Virus record (IMG/VR): IMGVR_UViG_3300042879_003054
Source: a virus
Reading direction: 5' to 3' (one strand)
DNA length: 64,000 bases
Part shown: piece after piece, positions 48,986-58,811 of the stretch
How positions within the stretch are numbered: position 1 is the first letter of the stretch
Layout of the letters: each line of letters starts with the position of its first letter
The notes under the pieces: generated by a model
Databases searched by the model: none
What the model was told of the DNA's origin: nothing
Seen by the model: the letters and a program-made list of their open reading frames with translations, nothing else
Translations under genes and position numbers: made by a program

Positions 48986-49650
48986 TTTTTTCTCCTGTTT
49001 TGTTCTAAAAGTTGTTTAGCAAGTGTTCTTTGAGTTTCGTCTCTATAATAAGGATTATACACCAATCCAGTTTGTTCTTCAATAGATTTATAAAAGTTTT
49101 TATGTTTCCCACCAAATCTATTTTTAGAAAAATGTTTTGGAAACTTAATATTCAATTCATTAATAGCAAACTCAACTATTCTTTGTCTTCCACCAATAAA
49201 TCCATATTTTTTAGCAAACTTTACACCTACTTCTATAAGTTCCTCATCAGTGTATCCAGAATAGTTTGGATTATTATAACCAGTAGTTCTTATGGAAATA
49301 CCATTTCTCCACTCTTCCTGAACCTCCTGTGAGCATCTTGGAAGCATCCATCCACCAGTTCCTCCTGAAGTGGCATTATAACCTTTAGTATCACTTTCAA
49401 AGAGTTTAATGAAGTGAGTTTCCTTTTCATTAATAAAGTTTTCATCTTCAGTTTGGTAAGTTTCAATCACAGATAAGTCCCAACAATTTTCCCCATATTT
49501 TCTAATAGAAGAATGAAATCTAAATTTAGAACCATTTCTTGCTGATGATAAATGACGATTCCAACGATGTTCTAATGAGTATTCAGTTTTTCCTATGTAA
49601 GATTTTCCGTTATTTTTATTGGTAATTTTATAAACAATATATGTTTTCAT
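48979..49650 (-). mobile_element. GIY-YIG homing endonuclease between the split nrdA halves
   Basis: YIVYKITN..NGKSYIGKT...R...H, E, GYN..GG. Confidence 0.9.
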
Positions 49651-49651
49651 T

Positions 49652-49705
49652 ATAGGAAGTGTAATCTCATAACTATTTATAAGATATGGAAATTACACTT
49701 CCTAT
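49652..49705 (-). promoter_or_regulatory. late promoter inside a 14-bp inverted repeat
   Basis: ATAGGAAGTGTAAT...TATAAATA...ATTACACTTCCTAT. Confidence 0.85.
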
Positions 49706-49709
49706 CATA

Positions 49710-51425
49710 TTAGTTGATTACCAATTCATCAGTTTCGGTTAGGTCTTTTGCCATCACATACCCACGATTTTTTGTGAATACTTTATGTTCTGGTGTAACT
49801 ACGATACTCTTACCACTTTCTTCATCAGTAATTTTCATTACCTTTGCTTTTGGTGATGTTTCGGCAAATGCTGTAATAGGTGCCCATTCTTGTTGATTAG
49901 TTTCTGTATTATAAGAAAGAACTTCTATTTGAGGAACATCCTCACAAGGATCATTATCACTTACTTTATAAGACATAACTCCAATTTCTCTGGAACTAAT
50001 ATATTCATCCAGATCTCCAATCTCAATTTCTTCTTCATAAACTTTCCAATCATAAATCTCTCCAATATCATCATATATTGCTTTTGGGTATTTGATTTTA
50101 ATCTTTGTATCACCAGCAACACAAAGATTACTCATCTCAACCTTATCCATGAAGGAAGAGTGAGAATTACAATGATCGATATTCATAATGTAAATACGAC
50201 CAGTTTCTGCACGTTCCTTCAGGAGGTCCAGAAAGAGTTCTTGAGCACCGATAGTTTTTCTTGGAATAGACTCATCTCGTTCATAACGAACATATAACTC
50301 GTCAAATCTATCAGTGCCAAAAGCATCATACAAACCAGGAACAGAGTGCGGAGAGAAGAGTGAGATCTCTTCGTTGCGGATGAATCGTTCATAGAACAGT
50401 TTGCTAATTTGGATACTGTAGTCTAACTTGCGAACACGATTATCTTCGGTTCCTTTGTTATTTTTTAATACAAGAATATCCTCTATTTCTTGATGCCAGA
50501 TAGGAAAGTGGACTGTAGCAGAACCACCTCTGATGCCGTTTTGTGTACAGCATCGCACAGTTGCTTCAAACTTTTTAAGGAAGGGGACCACACCTGTGTG
50601 TTGTACCTCTCCACCTCTAATTTTACTGTTGATGCCACGGATTCGACCTGCGTTGATGCCGATTCCCGCCCTTTGTGCAACATATCTGCCGATAGCCATA
50701 TCAGAACTAAAGATGCTATCGAGGGTGTCATCAACATCAACAAGCACACAGCTAGCAAATTGTCGAAGTGGAGTTCGCACTCCCGCCATGATAGGTGTGG
50801 GAATGTTGATTTTATGTTTGGAGATTGCGTTGTAGTATCTTTTGACATATTCCAATCTAATTTCTTTTGGGTACTCTGCAAAAATAGTCAAAGCAATCAT
50901 AATGTACATAAATTGAGGAGTTTCATAAACTTTTCCAGAACTCCTATCTTGCACCAAATATTTATCAATCACTTGCCTGAGACCTGCATAAGTAAAAAGC
51001 ATATCTCTTTCGTGATCAATAAAATGATTTACTTTATCAATTTCTTCTTTAGAATACTTTGTTAGTATTTGACTATCATAGATGTCTTTACTTGTACAAG
51101 TGATAATGTGATCATATAGATCAGAAGTACAACTAATACCACCATATAAACTTTTTCTTAGAGAAAACAAAAGCAATCTTGCTGCAACATATTGATAATT
51201 TGGATGTTCCAAATCAATCAAATCAGATGCACTACGAATAAGAATCTCTTGAATTTCTGCAGTTGTAATTCCATCATAGAACTGAATTCCAGATTGCATT
51301 TCAACTTGAGATGCAGAAACCCCTGCAAGATTTTTACAAGATTCTTCTACCATTAAATGCATTTTATCAAGATCAAGTGACTCAATAGAACCATTTCTTT
51401 TTTTAACTTTTAATCCGTTGCTCAT
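49710..51425 (-). CDS. nrdA: N-terminal half of RNR alpha subunit plus IntN of split intein
   Basis: ATP cone VKKRNG, PTP.MAG, FASCV, QNGIRGG, SNL|CVAGDT...TPEH; start probably MSNG. Confidence 0.95.
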   Translation of the reverse strand: MSNGLKVKKRNGSIESLDLDKMHLMVEESCKNLAGVSASQVEMQSGIQFYDGITTAEIQEILIRSASDLIDLEHPNYQYVAARLLLFSLRKSLYGGISCTSDLYDHIITCTSKDIYDSQILTKYSKEEIDKVNHFIDHERDMLFTYAGLRQVIDKYLVQDRSSGKVYETPQFMYIMIALTIFAEYPKEIRLEYVKRYYNAISKHKINIPTPIMAGVRTPLRQFASCVLVDVDDTLDSIFSSDMAIGRYVAQRAGIGINAGRIRGINSKIRGGEVQHTGVVPFLKKFEATVRCCTQNGIRGGSATVHFPIWHQEIEDILVLKNNKGTEDNRVRKLDYSIQISKLFYERFIRNEEISLFSPHSVPGLYDAFGTDRFDELYVRYERDESIPRKTIGAQELFLDLLKERAETGRIYIMNIDHCNSHSSFMDKVEMSNLCVAGDTKIKIKYPKAIYDDIGEIYDWKVYEEEIEIGDLDEYISSREIGVMSYKVSDNDPCEDVPQIEVLSYNTETNQQEWAPITAFAETSPKAKVMKITDEESGKSIVVTPEHKVFTKNRGYVMAKDLTETDELVIN

Positions 51426-52426
51426 ACTCGTTTCCAACTAATAAGTTTTGCTTTTGCTTCTAAACCAGAATATCTGTTTGATTTTAACATACTATTAACG
51501 TCAAGTCCAGAGAGAACCATATCATTAATATCCTTTTCATTGACATTTGATGGCCATATCACAATAGATAATTTGAGGTCTATTGCTTTTTCCATTCTTT
51601 CCACAATTTGTTTATTTCTCTTTTCATTATCATAAACAATTACAAAATCAACATTAAAATTACTTATTAAAAACATCTTATCAATATCAGCACCAACCAT
51701 AGCAATAGCATTATCAATAAACATACTATCAATTGGACCCTCTGTGATATAAACAGTTTTGTTCCAATCTACATTATCAAGACCATAAATCTTTGGTTGA
51801 TTTTCATCTAAAATAATTGTAATGTATTTAATTTTAGAATTTTTATTTAAACTACGACCTTGAAACCCTATGATTTCCCTATTGTTTATGAGAGGAATGA
51901 TGATTCTTGGTTCATCTTGATCTATAGATTCAAAAGTATATTTTTGCTCATTTGTCCATTTCTTAAAATTCTCACAATAATATAATTGATTTAAGAATTT
52001 ATCTGGAATTTTTCTATCCTGTAAATAGACTTTTGCTGGATGCTCAGTATTTAGTTCTGCTATAGTTGGTAGATTTATCTTATGTTTTTTTTCAAAAACA
52101 GTTTTTTCAAATTGAAAATTTGGATTTGGAGTGTTGGAATTTTTGCCCGTAATACCACTCTTATACCTTTCCATCACATACTGATCGTATAAGACAACAT
52201 CAAAATCTTTTAAAAAATTTGTGAATGTTCTTGAAATCCCACAATTATGACACTTATAATTATGGTCATTTTTTAATTTATAAATGTATCCTCTTGCTTT
52301 ACTTTTGTGTCGTTGAGAATCTCCGCAATAAGGACATCTAAAATTATAAAGACCAGTTTTTACTTGTTTAAATTTTTGCAATCTGGAAGAAACAAGTCCA
52401 ACATATTTGGAATCAATTAAACTCAT
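51422..52426 (-). CDS. DNA primase (gp61)
   Basis: FRCPYCGDS...CHNC, GFQGR, EGPIDS, DNE, KDINDM. Confidence 0.95.
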   Translation of the reverse strand: MSLIDSKYVGLVSSRLQKFKQVKTGLYNFRCPYCGDSQRHKSKARGYIYKLKNDHNYKCHNCGISRTFTNFLKDFDVVLYDQYVMERYKSGITGKNSNTPNPNFQFEKTVFEKKHKINLPTIAELNTEHPAKVYLQDRKIPDKFLNQLYYCENFKKWTNEQKYTFESIDQDEPRIIIPLINNREIIGFQGRSLNKNSKIKYITIILDENQPKIYGLDNVDWNKTVYITEGPIDSMFIDNAIAMVGADIDKMFLISNFNVDFVIVYDNEKRNKQIVERMEKAIDLKLSIVIWPSNVNEKDINDMVLSGLDVNSMLKSNRYSGLEAKAKLISWKRV

Positions 52427-52439
52427 TACAAAAAGAATA

Positions 52440-52862
52440 TTACTTCATTCTCTCTATTCTACTTGGTTCTTGTTGTGGTGTCAAGAAGGAAAGAACTGGT
52501 GGAGCAAATTTGATAATGATTGCAACAACTGCCAAACCACCCAGTATTTGCCATCTAAATTTTGAAATTCCTTCTACCTTTTCTTCTACTTTTTCTATTC
52601 TTTCCCCAAGTTCTCTACTAATTGCTTCGTGTTGTTGTTTTGAAGATTCTTTAATATCCTCAATCATTTTAACAATAATATTGTCTGTTCTATTGCACTG
52701 CTCAATCTTTTCATTATGGACAGCTAACATTTGACTAATATTTTGACTTGTCTCACCAATCTTTTGAATTGCGGTATCAATTCGTTCCATCATCTGTTCA
52801 TAAACATTAATACGCTCTTCGAGTAAAGCTATTTTTGTTTCTGTTGATGATGGGTTAAACAT
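52440..52862 (-). CDS. coiled-coil protein with C-terminal TM helix
   Basis: MLAVHNEK, RW followed by TM. Confidence 0.75.
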   Translation of the reverse strand: MFNPSSTETKIALLEERINVYEQMMERIDTAIQKIGETSQNISQMLAVHNEKIEQCNRTDNIIVKMIEDIKESSKQQHEAISRELGERIEKVEEKVEGISKFRWQILGGLAVVAIIIKFAPPVLSFLTPQQEPSRIERMK

Positions 52863-52870
52863 TGTCCTAA

Positions 52871-53092
52871 TTATTGTAGAGGTTTTCTTCTTTGCATTTT
52901 CGCAAGATCTTTAAAGAATGGATTCCAATATCTTTTTCTGCCCTTTCTTAAATCAACAGGAGGTTGGTCTGGGGGAAGTCCCGCAATATTAACAGGTCCA
53001 TTTGGGTTATTTGTAGAATTAGCAATCACAGGAGATGCTCCTTCCTCTTTAAGATTACGAACAATATTAATTAATCTATCTACTTTATCCAT
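52871..53092 (-). CDS. hypothetical protein
   Basis: LKEE...IAGLPPDQPPV. Confidence 0.7.
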   Translation of the reverse strand: MDKVDRLINIVRNLKEEGASPVIANSTNNPNGPVNIAGLPPDQPPVDLRKGRKRYWNPFFKDLAKMQRRKPLQ

Positions 53093-53463
53093 TAGACCAC
53101 ATTTAATTGCTTTAGGAAATCTATATCTATTGGTATATTATGAACTTCAGTTTTTGGATATTCCGGAAGTCTTCCCAAGTAAATAATAAATGTTTTAATG
53201 ATGCTCCAAAATTGACTATCAATTTTATAAAATAATAATGGTGTTGTAGCATCACCAAAAACATTATAAAGAATTATAAAATGATTAATTAATAAATGAA
53301 TATTCAATGACCCAGATGATTTATATTTTTTCAACAATCTATTAATCCAATTAAATCTTTTCAAATCCTCATAAAAATCATCTTGGGTCAGTGATTGTGG
53401 ATTATCATAATGTTTAATAGCAAACATTAAATAATTGTCTTCATTCAACTCATCAAATCTCAT
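53092..53463 (-). CDS. conserved T4-like phage protein
   Basis: FAIKHYDNP...F.EDLKRF...LINH.IILYNVF. Confidence 0.8.
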   Translation of the reverse strand: MRFDELNEDNYLMFAIKHYDNPQSLTQDDFYEDLKRFNWINRLLKKYKSSGSLNIHLLINHFIILYNVFGDATTPLLFYKIDSQFWSIIKTFIIYLGRLPEYPKTEVHNIPIDIDFLKQLNVV

Positions 53464-53470
53464 ATATCAA

Positions 53471-54358
53471 TTACGCATAAGTAAGTCTTGCTGTATCAGA
53501 TGTCTTCGCAGCACCAGCAGCAGTAGTAATGTTAACTCTATAGTAGTAACCATTAGGTCTGTTGGCAGTTGTAGTTGTTGCCGCAATACCAAGAGTTGCT
53601 GTAGTTGGGTTGGTGTAAATAAGACCACCAAGCAATCCAGTAGTAACATTGGTAAATGCTGCTCCAACAGCAGTTGAGAACTGCCACTGATAAGAAAGTG
53701 CTGCAGAATCATTTGCTGCTGCAGTAACTGCGAATGTAGTTGCAACAGTTGTAGCAATTCCAACACTATTTGATGGTTGAGCACTAATCGTAATGTAATT
53801 GTCTGCATATACTGCATCATCATCAGCATCACCAGTTGCTGTGTATGTTCCTAATGCAGAAGTGCTAATTCCAGACATCGCAACGAGAACTTCACTCTTA
53901 ACTCTAAGATTTCCGTGAGTATCAATGTATGTATGAACTCCTACCCAACCTGCGTGTGCAGCAGCATACTGTGACCCACTTTGAGTAGCAGCAGTTTGCT
54001 CAAACTCATCAACACCATATACTCTATTAGTTGATGCAGAATTGCCAGTTCCAGTTATAGTAGCAAAGTTTGTATCTTCTAATGTATAAACTGGTTTTTG
54101 AGATATTGAATATGCAATTCCAGCAATAGCAGCACCACTTAAATACTGAGTTGTTGCAATTGAAATTTGAGTCTCCGAAGTAATTCCAGAAATTACCGCA
54201 TTTCCAAAAGTTCCTCCGGCACCAATGGTAATTACTGCACCAGTAGTGACACCCACTGCTCTAAATGATGTTCCAGTACCAGTAATTGTTTTATTTGTAT
54301 AATTGACAGTAACTGTTCCTGGTGAAAATACACCGTCTGCCTTACCCCAAAGTGCCAT
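53471..54358 (-). CDS. virion structural protein with C-terminal Ig-like domain
   Basis: MALWG, HAGWV, RVKSEVLVAM, SYQWQ...YYYRV. Confidence 0.75.
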   Translation of the reverse strand: MALWGKADGVFSPGTVTVNYTNKTITGTGTSFRAVGVTTGAVITIGAGGTFGNAVISGITSETQISIATTQYLSGAAIAGIAYSISQKPVYTLEDTNFATITGTGNSASTNRVYGVDEFEQTAATQSGSQYAAAHAGWVGVHTYIDTHGNLRVKSEVLVAMSGISTSALGTYTATGDADDDAVYADNYITISAQPSNSVGIATTVATTFAVTAAANDSAALSYQWQFSTAVGAAFTNVTTGLLGGLIYTNPTTATLGIAATTTTANRPNGYYYRVNITTAAGAAKTSDTARLTYA

Positions 54359-54795
54359 GTCTTTTTTTCCGTAAGTTTCTTTATAATGATATTTATAAAA
54401 AAAGAAGACCTTTATTTTTTGTCTTCTTTGCGTAAAATTATTTTTAAAAAGTTAGTAGTTAAATCTAGTAATCCATTTTCTTCAAATTTTTTTGTTTTTG
54501 CTAACCACTCAGATGCAGTCAACAATAAACCTAAAATAATAGTTACTCCCCAATTTGTTATAAAACAAGTTATCATTTTTGTGGAGTAAAGAGTTTTTCT
54601 TTAACTAACACAACAACCATATCATCAATTGTGTTATCGGTTGTTTTTACATATTTCTCAAGAAGTTCAATTACAAGTTTCTTAACTTCTGGATGTGTAG
54701 CAATTTGAAGAATGAGTGGTTTTACCAATGCAACTACTACTCCCATAATCCCCTCTTATTAGGTTCAATTTTATTTATCTCAAACTAGTCATCAA

Positions 54796-56208
54796 TCACC
54801 ACTTAACTTTATTTGCCCAATAAGCAGCAGACATTTTTCCTTTAGAAATATTCTTTGCGTGTCCTGTTTGGAATCTATGACGACGACTTGCATATGCCTC
54901 AGACTCACCTTCTTTTTTTGGAGAACCTTTTACACCAAGTTGCCCAAAACGAATAATTTTTTCTGTTCCACCTTCACAAGCCTTTACAATATGTGACTTT
55001 CCAGTTTCACCAGACCCGTGTGCTTGTGATTTTGGTTTGTTGCACTTCATTGCATCTTTATCAACAGATTCAGAAAGACCTTCATCACTTTGGAGATATT
55101 CGGAAGCAGTATCAATATAATCTGCTGCTCTAGTAATTTTTGATTGAACCCAAGCAGGCATTTGCATATCTGCTTTTTTTATCTTTTTGCGAAGTGCTTT
55201 GATTGCTCTTTCCATTTGGTCCAATTCAACATTTGCCATATAACCTTCATCATCTTTTTTCTTACCACTGGCAATTTCCTTATGGTCCTCAGAAATATTT
55301 GGATTAATCTCAATAAATTTTGAGTTAGTGCCCTTCATCACATCAATCTTATCTTTTTTGTTTTTTGTCTTTGCAGTTTTTTCATTCTTTAATTCATCAA
55401 CTTCAAACAAGAATTCTTCTCTCCAATTTGAATATTCTTCATTTCTTTGGGCAATAAGTCCTGCTTTGATTTTTGGATTTTGTCTTGCCCTCTGCCCCAA
55501 AGTCATTGCTTTTGGACCTCTTGACCCCTCAGGAACACCACCAGATGATGGAAGTCTCTTGGTAGCAGGAACAAGTCTCTTAGTTGCAGGAACAAGTCTC
55601 TTAGTTGCAGGAACAGGTCTTTTTTGTTCTGGACTTGATGAAGATTGTTGAGTTGATAATGAAACTGGAGGTCTTTTTGGTCTTCCTGGTTTTTTTCTTT
55701 CTCTTGCTTTTTCTGGTTGATTTGAGGTGACTTTAGTTTCCTTTGCTTTTTTATATTCTCCTTTTGCTTTTAAATAACCAGGAGTATGAATTGCTGCTTT
55801 TGCCAATCCACCTGCAAGAGAACCTAAATTGCCAAGTGCTTTCATTGTGGCAGTTGCCCCACCTTCTTTGGAACCAATCGTATCAGTTTTTACACCACCA
55901 ATTGCTGACTTGATTCTTTCTTTTGATTTTTCAAGATTTTTTTCTTTTATTCTCATTAATTTTTGCTTTTTCTTTTCTTCTTCCTGTCCTCTTTGCTTTT
56001 CAATTTCTTGTTCTCTTGTTGCTTGACGACGCTCAAGATAATCCAAATATCTAGAATCTTTTTTATCTTCCTTTTTTCCAGTTTTCCCTTTATCCAAAAG
56101 AGCAGAACCCTTCAATGCAGTCTTAGCAATTTTAAGTCTTCTTTGCCTTTCTGCTTTTTCTTTATTTTTATCTTTTGCTTCAGAAATAATCTCTGCCCAA
56201 TCTTTCAT
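54796..56208 (-). CDS. large Lys/Glu-rich modular protein (internal-protein-like)
   Basis: MKDWAEIISE leader; AWVQSKIT.A.DY module; SAAYWANKVKW tail. Confidence 0.8.
   Translation of the reverse strand: MKDWAEIISEAKDKNKEKAERQRRLKIAKTALKGSALLDKGKTGKKEDKKDSRYLDYLERRQATREQEIEKQRGQEEEKKKQKLMRIKEKNLEKSKERIKSAIGGVKTDTIGSKEGGATATMKALGNLGSLAGGLAKAAIHTPGYLKAKGEYKKAKETKVTSNQPEKARERKKPGRPKRPPVSLSTQQSSSSPEQKRPVPATKRLVPATKRLVPATKRLPSSGGVPEGSRGPKAMTLGQRARQNPKIKAGLIAQRNEEYSNWREEFLFEVDELKNEKTAKTKNKKDKIDVMKGTNSKFIEINPNISEDHKEIASGKKKDDEGYMANVELDQMERAIKALRKKIKKADMQMPAWVQSKITRAADYIDTASEYLQSDEGLSESVDKDAMKCNKPKSQAHGSGETGKSHIVKACEGGTEKIIRFGQLGVKGSPKKEGESEAYASRRHRFQTGHAKNISKGKMSAAYWANKVKW
55553..55620. repeat. 21-bp tandem repeat (VPATKRL) x3
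   Basis: gcaggaacaagtctcttagtt repeated. Confidence 0.85.
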
Positions 56209-57404
56209 CTTTTTGTAGATAATTTTTTCCTATTGATATTTATCGTTTTCTTTGGCATAGTTTCTTTAACTTCAACATCAGTAAAAGAAACCACAGGTTC
56301 TTTAGGTGTCATTTCCTGTGTGTGCTTTCTGTAATTACAAGTTCCAACTTCATAAACTTCACGAACATCTTTCAACCAATTTTTAAACATCTTTCCATCT
56401 TCAGTTACACAAATCAAGTAATTAGAACCTCTGCGGAATATTTTTCCAATAAGACCACTACTCAAACTTTCCACAAATGTACCAACTTCAAAAAGTCCAT
56501 TGTTCTTATAATTCCACCTCAATCCATCATAATCAAGTTCAGGAACAATTCTCCAAACTTCTGTGTCTTCAGTTACATTCATAGATTTTGAAACCATATT
56601 AAATATTTTTTCTTTGTCTGCCTGACTTATTCCAGAAGGAATTCCCTGAACAAATCCAGCATAATCTCCTACTGCTGCAGATGTTCTCATTTTTGCAGAA
56701 GAACCAGGGTCTTCAATTTCACCATCAGGGTCTTTAATTCCAGCAGATATAACTTGAATATTATTAAACTGATAGTCTTGACCCTCTCCCTTATGAACTA
56801 AACTTTGAAATTCTCCCAATCTGTCTTGCCCAACCACAATAGTAACATCAGTATATCCATCATTATAAATTGAGACTAAAGAATCAAAAACAGTTCTAGT
56901 TTCTTCACTATCAACAATATATTCAGAATATTTTTTAAACATCATTCTCATAAGAGAAATTTTTGTTTTTGGACTTAATGGATTTGATTGACCATCTTGG
57001 ATTCTACTTGGATATATTCTATACTCATATCCCATTCTTTTTGCATTATTAAATCCTGCTTTTAATAATTGTTCGTGATTTTTGGATGGGGGGTTAAATC
57101 TCCCTAAAACTACTACAATTCCATTTGCAGTTTGTTCTGCTGGTAGTTTTTCTGTTGTAGATGGTTGTGGTGCTGCTTGAGTTGCACTACTTTGTTTTTT
57201 TGTTTCTTCTCCGGGTATTCCGTCTTGAGATGTAGTATCACCTTGACCAAAAAACTTTAATTTTCCGTTTACTGTTTTCGCAACAAAATTTCCTTGCTTA
57301 TCATACCAATCACCGTGTCCGTTTCCAACAAGACCACGATTTTTTGCTTCGGTAGATGCAAGGGTTTCTACTGCTTCTCTTACAAATTGAGTAAAACTCT
57401 TCAT
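56205..57404 (-). CDS. cytidylyltransferase-like protein
   Basis: GRFNPP...H, NPL...K, VVG.DR, SAG, S..KMR. Confidence 0.85.
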   Translation of the reverse strand: MKSFTQFVREAVETLASTEAKNRGLVGNGHGDWYDKQGNFVAKTVNGKLKFFGQGDTTSQDGIPGEETKKQSSATQAAPQPSTTEKLPAEQTANGIVVVLGRFNPPSKNHEQLLKAGFNNAKRMGYEYRIYPSRIQDGQSNPLSPKTKISLMRMMFKKYSEYIVDSEETRTVFDSLVSIYNDGYTDVTIVVGQDRLGEFQSLVHKGEGQDYQFNNIQVISAGIKDPDGEIEDPGSSAKMRTSAAVGDYAGFVQGIPSGISQADKEKIFNMVSKSMNVTEDTEVWRIVPELDYDGLRWNYKNNGLFEVGTFVESLSSGLIGKIFRRGSNYLICVTEDGKMFKNWLKDVREVYEVGTCNYRKHTQEMTPKEPVVSFTDVEVKETMPKKTININRKKLSTKR

Positions 57405-57431
57405 TATTACTTGTTTTTTAAATATTTATAA

Positions 57432-58574
57432 TTACAATCTTCCTAACGAAATATTAGCAAGTGATGGTTCATAATAACCCTTTGATGCTCCTTTAGTGGC
57501 AAATTGTATTCTAAAACCAGGATAATTTGGCATCAAGGCAGAAGAATTGCTAGAACTAGGAACAATTGTCAAATAAACATTATCTCTCATTCTTATTATG
57601 TCATTTGAAGTCTCTTTATATATTATTGAAGAATTTAGTTCCAACTTATAATCTTGACCACCTCCAACTTTTCTAATATCCCTGAAATCTCCAACATTAA
57701 ATGATTGTATTAAAATATAATCAACTTTATTCATACCTTCACCAAAACAATATTTTTTAATTTCTCCAATTGTTGCTTTTAATCTAATGCCAATTAATGG
57801 TTTTCCAGTAGAAATATCAGTCAAAACCCCCCTTCCGGAAGAATTTGACACTGAAATCAAATTAGATTTTATCAGATAATCCAAAATATCATTTGCTGCA
57901 GAATATTGACTCGCACTTCCCCAAAAAGAAAAATTTTCCTTTTTTAAAGAAATTTTAATTTTTTTATTATTTTTAGTTTTAATTGAAACATCCTCTTTCC
58001 CTAAAAGTTGTCCAACCCTCTCAATTGATTTTATTCCATTTATTGTATATTTTTGCTGATTATTTTCATATAAAACTAAATTCAAATTCGGGTCAAATAA
58101 ATTTGGCAAAGCAATCGTATTTTTTGCCTCATTAATTTTTTTTACCTGATCATTAATTTTTGAAACAAAATATTCTTCATTCAAAATACCTGGCCTTAAT
58201 AATTCTGGAACTTTTGGTTTTATTGATTTTTGACTTTTAAAAAATATTTCAAATTTAGAGGTTGCTCTTTGTAAAGTTAATATAAAATCTACACCCAAAA
58301 CATTGGATTGTCTTCCAGTAACAAAAATACTTTTTCCATTTAATAAAACGTCAGTAGAAAATAATTTAGTTATATCATCATATATTCTTTCCAAATTAGA
58401 AGAATACTGAGACTTCACAGTTAATAAAATTTTACTATCACTTGTTCTCTTTAAATCATAAAATCTAGACCTTACATGAGGATAATTTTGATTTTGAACC
58501 GCACTAGATTTTAAAATATTAATTACTGTTGTGGCATTTAGTAATTTGTATCCACTACTATTAATAATTGCCAT
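57432..58574 (-). CDS. AT-rich hypothetical protein, possible PD-(D/E)xK nuclease
   Basis: NE...GKEDV..(x)..ISLK spacing. Confidence 0.5.
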   Translation of the reverse strand: MAIINSSGYKLLNATTVINILKSSAVQNQNYPHVRSRFYDLKRTSDSKILLTVKSQYSSNLERIYDDITKLFSTDVLLNGKSIFVTGRQSNVLGVDFILTLQRATSKFEIFFKSQKSIKPKVPELLRPGILNEEYFVSKINDQVKKINEAKNTIALPNLFDPNLNLVLYENNQQKYTINGIKSIERVGQLLGKEDVSIKTKNNKKIKISLKKENFSFWGSASQYSAANDILDYLIKSNLISVSNSSGRGVLTDISTGKPLIGIRLKATIGEIKKYCFGEGMNKVDYILIQSFNVGDFRDIRKVGGGQDYKLELNSSIIYKETSNDIIRMRDNVYLTIVPSSSNSSALMPNYPGFRIQFATKGASKGYYEPSLANISLGRL

Positions 58575-58625
58575 TAAAAAATCCCTAGTTTCTTTTATTT
58601 AGAAATTAGGGATTTATAATATAGT

Positions 58626-58811
58626 TCAGGTTTCTAATACTTGGGTGATTGCATCGTCAAAATCTGCAATAACTTCACGAATTTCAAAAATACGTGGAGG
58701 GACATTGTTTATGTCTGTCGTGTATCCTTTTTGTGCTTCATATAAAATTTGACGAACTGCAGCAGCAGCACGAACATTCATTTTAACTGTTACTTGTTTT
58801 TCTTTAGTCAT
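58626..58811 (-). CDS. hypothetical protein
   Basis: ATGA overlap with mazG. Confidence 0.7.
   Translation of the reverse strand: MTKEKQVTVKMNVRAAAAVRQILYEAQKGYTTDINNVPPRIFEIREVIADFDDAITQVLET

Noticed and set aside
48979-49710. Group I intron as the explanation for the nrdA interruption
   Set aside because: Only about 60 nt are non-coding, too little for a ribozyme core, and intein motifs on both halves explain the split
44259-55620. Short tandem repeats as a possible CRISPR or DGR element
   Set aside because: In-frame coding repeats without spacers; no cas or reverse transcriptase gene seen
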